Assembly: GCF_009914755.1 (NCBI RefSeq)
Contig: NC_060943.1
From: the human T2T-CHM13v2.0 reference genome, Homo sapiens
Direction: 5' to 3' (one strand)
Length of the DNA stretch: 64,000 bases
Each line of letters starts with the position of its first letter. Position 1 is the stretch's first letter. The notes beneath the pieces were generated by a model. The model searched no databases. It saw only the letters and a program-made list of their open reading frames with translations, and was not told the origin of the DNA. The translations under genes and the position numbers were made by a program. Of the stretch, positions 52,261 to 64,000 are shown in pieces.

Positions 52261-53012
52261 GGATTCTTTCTGTACTCACTGACCATCCTCCTTCTCCATG
52301 GAGGGGGTTAGGCTCCAGGCCCTAGGAGAGCCAGGCTAAGGGAAGAGATGGGAAAACATGAAATTGTTTGAGGTAGGGGGACATGGAGAGGGTAGATGCT
52401 CATTGGCTGAAGCTGAGGGGCAGGTTAATGCAGGAGGGGCAAGGAATGGCCCCCAGCCGCTGTGGCCTGAGGGAGGCTGCTTGCTACCTTGATGCAACTT
52501 TTAATCATTATCTCATTTTAGAGATTAGTGTATCTCACACTTTATCATGCTGCAAGAATGCCGTAAGCTGCAGAACTTGGCAACCAGAGATTTCTGGGCT
52601 CTATTTCCAGAGAAGTTGCTTTTCTAACAAATTCCCAGTCATGCTGATATCGCCAGCCCAGAGACCACACTACCCAAATAATTTTGGTGAGAGCCACTTT
52701 GGACTGCCATCCCTAGAGGTGGCTTCTTCTTTTCTGAGGAGGACACCCAGGGCCCAGGGACATACGTGTTTGCCTTAGGGAGCTCCTGGCCAGAGCCAGG
52801 CCATCCTCTCATCCCAGGCAGCTCAGCTCCGTTTGCAGTGCCTCCATCTGGGGGAAGAAAAGGGAAGAGGTGTCAAGCCCAGTCAAAGGCAGGAGAGACC
52901 AATGTCCATGCCGGTCTCATCCCTGGGGCCTGTTGTGGTCACATTTAGTCCTGCCGCCTACTGGGGGCTGCTGAAGTTTGCCAAGGGAAGACATTCTCTT
53001 GTCATTGGGGTG

Positions 53013-53240
53013 ACACTGCAAACTCTGCCTCCTGGGTTCAAGCGATTCTCCTGCCTCAGTCTCCTGAGTAGCTAGGATTACAGGCATGCGCCATCACGTC
53101 CGGCTAATTTTTGTATTTTTAGTAGAGACAAGGTTTCATCATCTTGGCCAATCTGGTCCCAAACTCCTAACCTCAGGTGATCCACCTGTCTCCGCCTCCC
53201 AAAGTGCTGTGATTATAGGCGTGAGCCATCACGCCTGGCT
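53013..53240 (-). mobile_element. AluS lacking its 3' end and A tail
   Basis: Begins abruptly at 'cactgcaaactctgcctcc'; 5' end intact. Confidence 0.92.
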
Positions 53241-53465
53241 GCAAAGGGCATTTTGAAGCTCTTGTCCCCGATCAATCCCTCCATGCTGCAGATGAGGGCA
53301 CAATCAAGGGCAGAGAGGGGAGAGGGAGGAGCAGCTCTTAGTAGAAACGGTTTTCTTAGTGCATCCTGTGCACCGGTGGATATGCACATGAGCATTTTCT
53401 CTTCCCGTTTTGCTCCAAAGCGTGTGAGATGTTTGTGCTATGGCAAATACAACACCTGTAGGAGT

Positions 53466-53895
53466 GTGTTATGGGTTGAACTGTGCGCCCCCAGAAAGAC
53501 ATGCTGAAGTCCCAACTCTCAGGATCTCAGCTGTGACCTCATTTGGAGACAGGGTGATTGAGATGTGATGAGTTGAGATGCAGTCATCCTGGAGCAAGGT
53601 GGCCCCCAGTCCATGCTCACTGGCATCTTTACAAGGAGACAGCCTTGGGAAGGCACAGGGTGGCAGGGAGCATGCCATGTGAAGACGCAAGTGGAGAGGG
53701 GAGTGATGTGGCCGCCAGCCGGGGTTGGACTGCCTGGATTGTCAGGAGCTGGGAGAGGCCAGGAAGCACCCCCCTCCTGAGGCTGCAGAGAGTGCATGGC
53801 CAGGCTGACAGCTTGAATGGTTTGGACTTCTGGCCTCCAGAACTGTGAGAGGATACATTTCTGTCTATTACAGAAGCTCTAGAAAAGTCATAACA
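53466..53895 (+). mobile_element. MLT1 (MLT1C-like) MaLR solo LTR
   Basis: 'tgttatgggttgaactgtg', 'gccatgtgaagac', 'ttggacttctggcctccagaactgtgagagga'. Confidence 0.88.
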
Positions 53896-53913
53896 GAAAG
53901 TGTCTGAGGAAAG

Positions 53914-54020
53914 GTGCCTGGGGGTTCCTGGAAGTGCCTGGGGATTCCTGAGGGTGCATGGGGGTTTCTGGGAGTGCCTGGGGTTTCCTGGGGGTGAATG
54001 GAGTTCCTGGGGGTGCCTGG
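53914..54020. repeat. 10-bp minisatellite (GTGCCTGGGG/GTTCCTGGGG)
   Basis: About 10 degenerate alternating units. Confidence 0.8.
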
Positions 54021-54654
54021 CGCATAGCAGGCAGGGACAGTGCATGATTGTTCTGCTGGCAGTACTGGGGGCTGGGCTGGCCACCCCAAATGTTACCCTG
54101 GGCATCTGCTTAACAGCCCAAACAGAGGGAATAATAGACCCTCAAAGATGGCTCCGTCCCTGAGGCCTAGAGGGCTGTGTGAGAGCTGACCTCAAGGCCA
54201 AATTCTTGCCCCCTCTCTCTGTTGGTCCATGGGCCCCAGGATCCTCTTCCTGGCTCTACACTGAAGCCTGGACTTGGAAGCTGCCATCCTAAGGCCTGCA
54301 TTTAATCAGGAGAACCTGAGGATGTCTAAGCCATTAGAATAAATCACACAGATATTCCTTTTGGGGTGTTTGCAATCACTTCATAATTAACTGACGGCTT
54401 CATAGCAGCCACTTTCACGTGTGTCCAATGGTCACATAACAACATCGCCTACTCTGTGTCTACACCACGGCAGCGTGGGAGGGCTGGACGCTGAGGGTGC
54501 ATCCTGCCACCTCTGCAGCCCCGGAGCCCTCCCCCAGCAACAGGGGTTCGTGGGGGCCTGGGCATCAGATGGGTGCTCAGTGCGCCTCCCCTCTCACCTC
54601 ATCATGAAACCTACTGTGGGTCCTCTCGCAACAGCAGCACCCTTGGTGACCGCC

Positions 54655-54845
54655 TGCGGATGGGCCACTGTACCGGGCATTGTGCTGACAATGTCCACGT
54701 TGTCCTGTGGATTTTACAGCAACCCTGCAGAGGGGAGTCTGAGGCTTGGAAAGGTGACATGACCTGCCTGAGGACAAGGAGTCAGTGAGTGGTGGGGCTG
54801 GGGCTCAGCCTCAGCCGTTAGGCTCCCGAGCCCTGCTCACAAATC
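54655..54845 (-). mobile_element. MIR SINE
   Basis: 'acagcaaccctg', 'ctgaggcttggaaaggtgacatgacctgcctgagg'. Confidence 0.75.
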
Positions 54846-55099
54846 AGTGTCCTGGGGAGGGCAGCATGGATTTGGGGTTTAACCACCTCCGGGCTGTCTT
54901 TCTGCCCAGCACTAACCCTCGGTGTCCCCCTGTGGGCTGCAGAGGGGCTAGGGCTGGGGACAAGGTGAACTGCCCACTGTCTCTTAGTGAGATAAATGGA
55001 AAATGAATAAATTCCCTGAGGTAAGTGGTCAGGCAGGACTTGCAGAAAGTGAAATGATTCAATAATTTGATTTTTAAAATTAGTGAATGAATTAGGACT

Positions 55100-55395
55100 C
55101 TTTTTGAGACAGGGTCTCACTCTGTTGCCCAGGCTAGAGTGCAGTGATGTGATCACAGCTCACTGCAGCCTCAACCTCCTAGGCTCAAGGATCCCCTCAC
55201 CGTCAGCCTCCTGAGTAGCTGGTACTACAGGCACATGCCACCATGCCCACCTAATCTTAAATTTATTTTTAATATATTTAAGATGGGGTCTTGCTGTGTT
55301 GCTCAGGTTGGTCTCAAACACCTTGGCTCAATCCATCCTCCCACCTCAGCCTCCCAAAGTGCTGGGATTACAGGTGTGAGCCACCTCACCCAGCC
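55100..55395 (-). mobile_element. AluJ
   Basis: Full dimer in antisense. Confidence 0.94.
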
Positions 55396-55629
55396 AATAG
55401 TAAGATTTTGCTAATGATTTTAGATGCTCCTTCAATAGGTTCCCTCTCTAGCTTTCCCCAACTGTTGCCTTCCAGTGCAGCTGTGAAAGGGAACCAAGAG
55501 AGCCCCCCTCCCATCCCCGCTCTCCAGAACTGCCCACTGGTGGAACTATCTCCCGCCCCTCCCCTCTCCCCATCCCTCTCCCATTCAGGGCCTCCTGGAG
55601 GTCGGGTGTGCCACACGTCTACATGCGCT

Positions 55630-55900
55630 GTTCATAACCAGAGGGTCTGAAGTCACATGATCCGGGGTCCAGCCGCAACTCTGCCCCTTGTCAGCCAAGT
55701 GAGCTCAGAGAATTCACTTCTTCTCTCTGATCTCCACCTTCCCATCTAGAAGATGAAGACACAAAACAGTTTTCCTTCAGGTGGCTCATTGACCTACTCT
55801 ACAAATATTTCAGAGCCTTTTCTGCCAGGCCCTGTTCAAGGCTCTGGGTATAAATCAACGAACCCAACAAAATCCCCTGCTCTAGCCCAAGGGAGGTGAG
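55630..55900. mobile_element. MIR (+) followed by L2 3' end (-)
   Basis: 'ttcacttcttctctctga...cccatctagaagatg'; 'acaaatatttcagagcc...tgccaggccctgttcaagg'. Confidence 0.6.
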
Positions 55901-58900
55901 CACCAAACAAAGTAGAGTATAGGGTTAGAAGGAAGACAAAGCGGAGTGGAGGCGTGGGGTGCCCCCGCACAGTGAAGCCTTCTCTCCCGCGGCAGGAACC
56001 CCTGGGCTGCAGCTGGGGACCGCGGGACCGTGTGCAAGACAGGAGCACTGAGCCTGGAGAGGGAGTCCCAAGGACTTCGTTTGAGTCCCTGAACACAGCG
56101 TTGCCTGAAGGGACATCTGCCCTCCTGGTCTTTGGAATTCTTGAAGCTAATTCACTTTCCCCAACCCCTACCGGACTTTCCCTTTTTATCTAAAGCAGAG
56201 TTGGTTTTCTGTCATCGTCATTTGAGAGGGTCCTGGCTCAGGCACGTGCTTAAATGCTTCTAGTTTGTTTTTCCTTCTATTTAGAGGGTACGATGATTTC
56301 ACTGTGCACCTGCAGTGGGGGTCTGAGTCTGCAGGCAGGAGGAGAGGGCTCGCTGCTGAGTGATGAGCGCACCTCCCCGTCCTCTCTCTGTCTGGGGAGA
56401 ACCAGGCGAGGGAGGTCCAAGCCCTCACACCCATTGGGAGCTCAGCCCCCTTTTCTGAGAGCACTTCCGTGTCACCGTGTGCCTGTGGACTCCTTTATTA
56501 ATTGCTCCTTAGAGCCTAAAACCCAGTTCTTTTATGAAAATTATGAAACCATCAAGCAGCCTGACAATGAAAATAATGCCTCTCTAGTATCAATGTTGTA
56601 ACACTCCCTCCCGTGTTTCTGAGCAATACATTCATCCCTGTGAGTGTGGAGCAGGCAGGAACCTGAGTGGCGTGAATAATGGGGCCCTCCGCAGCCTCCT
56701 ACAACCAGGGACAGGGCTGGGAGTGGAAGGCAAAGCGTTGTTCCATCAGGAATAGATTATTCATAATTTCATGCCCTTCGGACCAGCCAGGGTCATTAAT
56801 CTACGGAGAGCCTCAAGTCCTAGAATGGTGGAAGCCTTGACCGCATGCAATGCAGTGCATCAGAGTCCTGGGGTGGAGACCATCCCATCCTTCCCAGGCC
56901 ATGCTGGGGGCGGCCTCCAAGCTCCCACCTGCAAACCGGAATAGAGCGAGAATGTTCTATGGAGGTAACAACTTTGGACATAAACATCTGTCATTTGGGC
57001 TTGTGCAGGTGGAGTTGAGCTCCTGTATATCCTGTTCAGAAGGGGAGGACTTGGGGTCAGAGGAAGTCCGTGCTGTGCTCCTCCTAGGACCCCGCACCTT
57101 CCCTGTGCTGGGCCGCGGGTGTGCGCAGTCTGACTCCATGGCACACGCTCAAGTGGGGTGTGTGCAGTGCAGGAATGCTGTTTTGGGGGCGGGGGCTTTG
57201 CGCCACTCCTGCAGTGGGGAAGGGGGATGTCCAACTTCAGCGCACAGTGGGGAGCAGCTGGGGCACCGAGAGCTCCTTTTCAGGATTCTTATTTGATAGG
57301 CGAGAAAGGAGGGTGGGAGAGTCCAGCCGCTCGCATGAGGTTGCACAGCTGGTAAGGGTGGGGCTGGGAGACACAACCTGTGCCCAGGGCCTCACTCTTA
57401 GTCGCCACCCCTGAGGGCCTTCCTGGCACACACACTAGGTGTCCAGTTCTGTTCTGCATGCCGGCTGTCCCCAGCAGGGCCCAGGTGAGCACATGGTGGG
57501 GAGAGGGCTGAGGAGGAAGATGTGATCCAAAAGGTCAGTTCTAGGTGTTGGGAGAAGCAGTAGGTGTGGAGAGGGGGTGAGGGAGCCCTGACTTCCTCCC
57601 CAAGCAAGGCTTTCCTGCACAGGTTTTTATAGGGGACTCTGACAGTAGACGACTGTGGGGTGACTGAGTGCTGCCAAGCTCAGGAAGCTGGCGGCAGGGG
57701 GAGGACCTGGAAATGCCTTCCCCGGAGGAGCCTCCAGCGTGGAGCAGCAGACAGGCAGACTGTAAATAACAGAGGAGGGTAATGGGAATACAGCAGGGAA
57801 TACAGGTGTGACGCCTGCAAGAGCCCCACCACATCCATTCTGGGAGATGCCCCCCCGCCACTGCCAGCCCTGTCCAGCCTGGAGGGGGGCCGGAGGAAGA
57901 CAGCTGAACTACGCCCCTCTGATTGAGCAGAGGGCAAACATCCCCTGCCTTTGTTCTCCTTAATCTAAATTGAATCTGGGGAGGGGGACGATTGCAAGGT
58001 GGAAGTGAAAACCCAGCTGCATTTCAAAATTACACTGATCAAAATGGAAATGGTCTGGAGGTTTTGAGGAGGGATGGCTGATGCAGGTACAAACCTTACT
58101 TCACATTAATTGGCACCCTTTTCAGGGAGGAAAGGGCAGGAATAACTTCATAATACTATAAACCAAGACTGTGGCCACTGCCATCTGTGCTAAGAAGCCA
58201 AGGGAGACTTTGAGGCTGGAATCCTTGACCCTCATTGTCTAGACCCTGAGGCCTGCAGAGGTCCAGAGGCATCCCCTGCTGCGTCTTCTCAAGAGTGAAG
58301 ATCTCCTGCCCTGATCTCACAGCCTTCTCTGTCCCCTCTGACACTCTTTGACCCAAGTCTCAACAGTACCTGCCCGGTTGTGGAGGCAAAAGGTGTAGAA
58401 GAAGGGTCAGTAGCTTGGAACTGGCTGTAGCTTGGAGCCCAGCCCTACCTCCATCTGCTTCAAGGCCTTCCCTGAGTCATTGGCCCTTACAGAGAGCATT
58501 CTCCTCTCTCCACACCTGCCCAGTCTCCAGGGACTGCCCTGCCAACATCCTCAGGATCACTCATTTTGGTCAGCACAGCAAGGTGCGGGTCAGTGTCTCC
58601 AGGATTCCAGAATCCATCCCAGGAGCTCACCCTCACACTCCTTCCCTTAGAGCATATAGGAAGATATCCCCTATATACACACACTCTTATCTCTCCTTGA
58701 AATTAAGCAGTATTCACTCAGCCTGCAGGAAAGTAGTCCAAGACTTTTTTTCATGTTAATCTAAATTAAATCTGCAAATGGAAAGAAGGCCTCATGTGAG
58801 AAGAAGCCAACCTCATCCAGTTGCTGGCCGAATGTTGGAGGGAGAGCGAGTGCCTGGGTGAGCAAACGCGTCGTTGTGAAATGTGCATCCTGCGCAGGAC

Positions 58901-59416
58901 CATGTGCACATGTGCAGGTGTCTGGGGAGGGAGCTTGGGCCATGATTCCCAACCTGCCTCCAGGGAGGTCCCTGGCATTCTAGATGTTCTGTGTTTAAAA
59001 ACAGCCTCTCCAGTGGTTTCAGGAGTGAAAAGGATAAAATCTAAGAGCTGTGTGACCCCACCCTACCTAAACCTTTCCGCCTAATTAATCCAGGACTCAG
59101 AAGCCTCAGGACCATTGCTATGCCTCTGAGGCAGATTTGGGCTCCCTGAAGCCCACATGGCCCAAGATAGCTTGGTCTGAAACCTCAGCATCCGCCTCAC
59201 TCCTCTGAGCTAAGCCGTCTTGGCTCCAGAGGGTCTTTGACAGAGTGTGAATAACCTGGGAGGTTTCATACTCATCAACACAGCAGCCTTGGGCCGGATA
59301 AGAAAGGGCTTGCTGCCTGGTCCTACTGGAGAAAACCTGGAATTTGGGCCACCAGATGGGTGCCCAGGGTAGGTGGGAAAACAAAGTTCTCCAAGTGCGT
59401 TAAGCTGCTGATCTGA

Positions 59417-59608
59417 TGGGGCTGCCAGGTAAAGTACAGGATGCTGAGTTAAATTTGAATTTCATGTTGGTGATGAATCTTTTTAAGTGTAGGTATGTCC
59501 CATGCAACATTTGAGGCATACTTATACTGAAAAAGTGTTTATTATTTATCAGAAATTCAAATGTAACTGGGCATTTTTAATTTTTATTTGCTAGATCTGT
59601 CCATCCTA
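59417..59608. mobile_element. MER53 palindromic hAT MITE
   Basis: 'agttaaatttgaatttc...gtatgtccca...catacttatact...gaaattcaaatgtaact'; gctgctga on both flanks. Confidence 0.9.
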
Positions 59609-59912
59609 GCTGCTGAGGGCAATGGCATCTTGCAAATAAGATGCAGGGAGCAGCGATCCTAGTGAGTTTCCACCCAAGGATCCAGCCTTTCAGGGGACAG
59701 TGCACCCCACGCCAGCTGGGAATGGCTGAAACACTGGGCCAAAGCCACCAGTTCTCAAACGAGTTGACAGATGGAATCCTGTCTTTATTGATATCTGTCT
59801 AGTGAGGTCTTCCCTGAGACTGCTGTTTGAAGGCATAGGTGTGTCCCAAACGTGTCTGTGTGCCCTGCAGGGCCAGCTCAACCCCAGGCAGTGCTAAGGG
59901 CCAACACCTTGG

Positions 59913-60210
59913 GGCTGGGCGCCGTGTTGCATGTCTGTAATCCCAGTACTTTGGGAGGCCGAGGTTAGTGGATCCTTTGAACCAGGAGTTCAAGACCAGC
60001 CTGGGCAACATAGTGAGACCTCATCTCTACTAAATCAATAAACAAATAAAGGTGGTGCGTGCCTGAGTCCCAGCTACTCAGAAGGCTGAAGTGGGAGGTT
60101 TGCTTGAGCCCAGGAGGTCAGGAGGTTGAGGCTGCAGTGAGCCATGATCCACTACTGTAGTCCAGACTGGGTGACAGAACAAGATGCTGTCAAAAAAAAA
60201 AAAAAAACAA
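59913..60210 (+). mobile_element. AluJ
   Basis: Full dimer; TSD aacaccttgg. Confidence 0.94.
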
Positions 60211-60214
60211 AACA

Positions 60215-60370
60215 CCTTGGGTTTAGTTCCACTTTTACTGGACACAATCTCTCTAACACTATGTGTCCTCATCTGTAAAATGGGGTCAATCATCTCTTCT
60301 CTACTGGTCCCACAGTTGCTTGTCACGAATAAATGATAAGTTTTAGGAAAATAGTTGGTGAACTGTAAAA
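60215..60370 (+). mobile_element. MIR SINE
   Basis: 'cctcatctgtaaaatgggg'. Confidence 0.75.
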
Positions 60371-60640
60371 TATTTCAAATCAAACATCCTACAGTATTTG
60401 TGTTGCTGTCAAAATACGACTATTACATTCCCCTGAGCAGAGATGTCTTACTTGGTTCCTCCCTCCTTGGTGGGAGCAGCCCCACCTTACCAAACGGGTT
60501 TCCCAGAAGGCTGTTACAGAAGGTCTCGGTGCAGGATGGGCTTGCTTCGGTCACAGTGGCATGGCAGCCCCACCACGGACATCAGCAGCCAAGCCTCCAC
60601 CAGATGCTTTGACCAATGTTGCAGGCAATAGGAGGCACTA

Positions 60641-61108
<468 letters not shown>

Positions 61109-61851
61109 TCAACATACATACGTTTATTCCCACACTTTCAACCGTGTACTCAACACACCTTTCCTCAGCCCACAGTGAGTCCGGTCTTCCCTCTGGGAAG
61201 CCGAGGCAGGGGTGCTCCAGGCTGCTCCACGGGAGATCGGGGGCTCCTCAGACCTCCCCTCCCCAGGCCTAGCGATTCAGTGTCCAGCTTCAGGTCAGGC
61301 CCGGCCCCACTCCCCACCTGTCTTTCTGTCTCTGTCTTTCTCTAGGGGTCAGGCGGAGCTCCACCAGTGTCTCCAACTCAGGTGCTGGAAACCAGTCACA
61401 GCACTGGGCTTGGTGACACCAGGCCAGGGACCTAGCAGACCCTGTGTAGAGCTGATTTCTTGCTCCTCTACACAGGGGGTGGGGCTGCTGCCCTTCAGCA
61501 GAGCCTCGGCTTTCATTTAAAGCCAGCAGTTTGAGCCCTGCCACAGGACATAGTCAGAGCTTTGCCGCAGCCTGCTGCTCCCGGGGAGGCTTCCCTGATT
61601 GCTGCAGCTTACACCACGCTCCCTGCTTCCTTTCTGCTTCTCAGTGGACACGGGTCAGCTCCCTCATCCTGCCTGGGGCGTCCTCAGCTCCTGGGCAAGG
61701 CCAGCAGCTGCTCTCCATGCCCACCGCAGGGGTGGGAACACAGAGGTATTTAGGTTGCGACTCAATTAGAATTTTTAGAAATCTCCCCCTAAGTATTTTC
61801 CAAGCTAGTGAAGAAACAGAAACCCATAACAACCACGAAGCAGCCGTGTGA

Positions 61852-62208
<357 letters not shown>

Positions 62209-62854
62209 TGAATTTTTAGGACCCTGCAGGAGGAAACTGTCTGGGGCGCAGAAATGGGTTCATTTCCACCCAGGAAGCTCAGCTGCCCAGGAAGGTCACA
62301 GAACTGCTCGTGCCTGCTAGACTGGGATAGGACAGAGCAGGGACAGAAGGTGAAGGGCAGATGCCTTGTGCATTTGGGAGGAGAACGGAGCTGAGAAGTA
62401 GGCAGTGGTGGCCACTTTCAGCCACAGCTTCACCAGGCTCTAACATCAGGGGGCACAGGCCTGGTGACAGCCCCAGGACCTCACCACCTGGGTCAACTAC
62501 CCCTTGGCAATCTTCTCTAGGCTTTGTGGTCTTTGTGTCACTCTGTCTCCTCTGTGGATTTTTCATTATGGGCGTAACAATTACTGGATTGATGCGTCGC
62601 CTTTGAAAGCCTTGTTGGAAGCGTGTCGCTTTGGAGAAATGTGCTCAGGGGAAGCCTTGAACATGCATTATCCGCCCCCCAGGTAGGCAGGCCCCTGTCT
62701 TGAGAGCACACAGGGCATCTTCTCACTCCTTAGATCTCCTGAGAGGTGCCTGGCGCTGGGGTGTTATCAACCATGGTGATGTGATGGGAGAGGCGCACCA
62801 GGGAGTGCAGGGAAGAGCAGGCTGACTTCTGGCTCTACGAAGCTGGAGAACCCT

Positions 62855-62995
62855 GCTAGCATAGCACAAAGAGCGCCGGACTGGGTGCCAGGACAGCGGG
62901 TCCCAGGCTTGACTCTAGCTGCGTGTCATTTGGCATTGCTTCCTCTCTCAGTGTCCTCATTTGCATAATTAGGAGACAGAATATTTTTCCAAGAG
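62855..62995 (+). mobile_element. MIR SINE
   Basis: 'ctagctgcgtgtcatttggca...cctctctcagtgtcctcatttgcataatt'. Confidence 0.7.
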
Positions 62996-63014
62996 TTGCT
63001 CATTCATTCATTTA

Positions 63015-63898
<884 letters not shown>

Positions 63899-64000
63899 CT
63901 AATCTGGGCATTTGAGCTACAGGAGTGAACCAAAGAACCCTAGTGCAGGAGCAGGGGAGTGCTCAAAATAAAACTTGAAGCAGGGTGGTCTGGAGAGGCC

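Overview
This is primate (probably human or great-ape) non-coding genomic DNA, not a microbial accessory region. It carries about 20 Alu elements (FLAM/FRAM, AluJ, AluS), many MIR, L2 and old L1 fragments, about 18 solo LTRs (ERVL, MaLR, ERV1), hAT-type MITEs (MER5, MER53, MER58, MER103), several simple or low-complexity tracts and one 3'-truncated 5S rRNA retropseudogene. No protein-coding exon can be supported: the long ORFs come from CT/GA-, CA- or Alu-derived sequence. I found no convincing new biological system. The most notable structures are (i) a three-level LTR nest (MER74-like > LTR8B-like > LTR10C) with a target-site duplication (TSD) at both inner insertions; (ii) an unexplained 41-bp direct repeat bracketing a 2.3-kb transposon cluster; (iii) a tailless 5S retrocopy with TSD; (iv) near-perfect 3x43-bp and 3x47-bp tandem duplications; (v) a ~1.6-kb polypyrimidine tract; (vi) a ~1.1-kb CA minisatellite punctuated by CTAAC/CTGAC; (vii) an LTR2C promoter pointing at a nearby splice donor; and (viii) several repeat-free islands rich in homeodomain or forkhead motifs that look like enhancers. 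Repeat subfamily names are from recalled consensus sequences and need RepeatMasker/Dfam confirmation. Boundaries of old elements are approximate.
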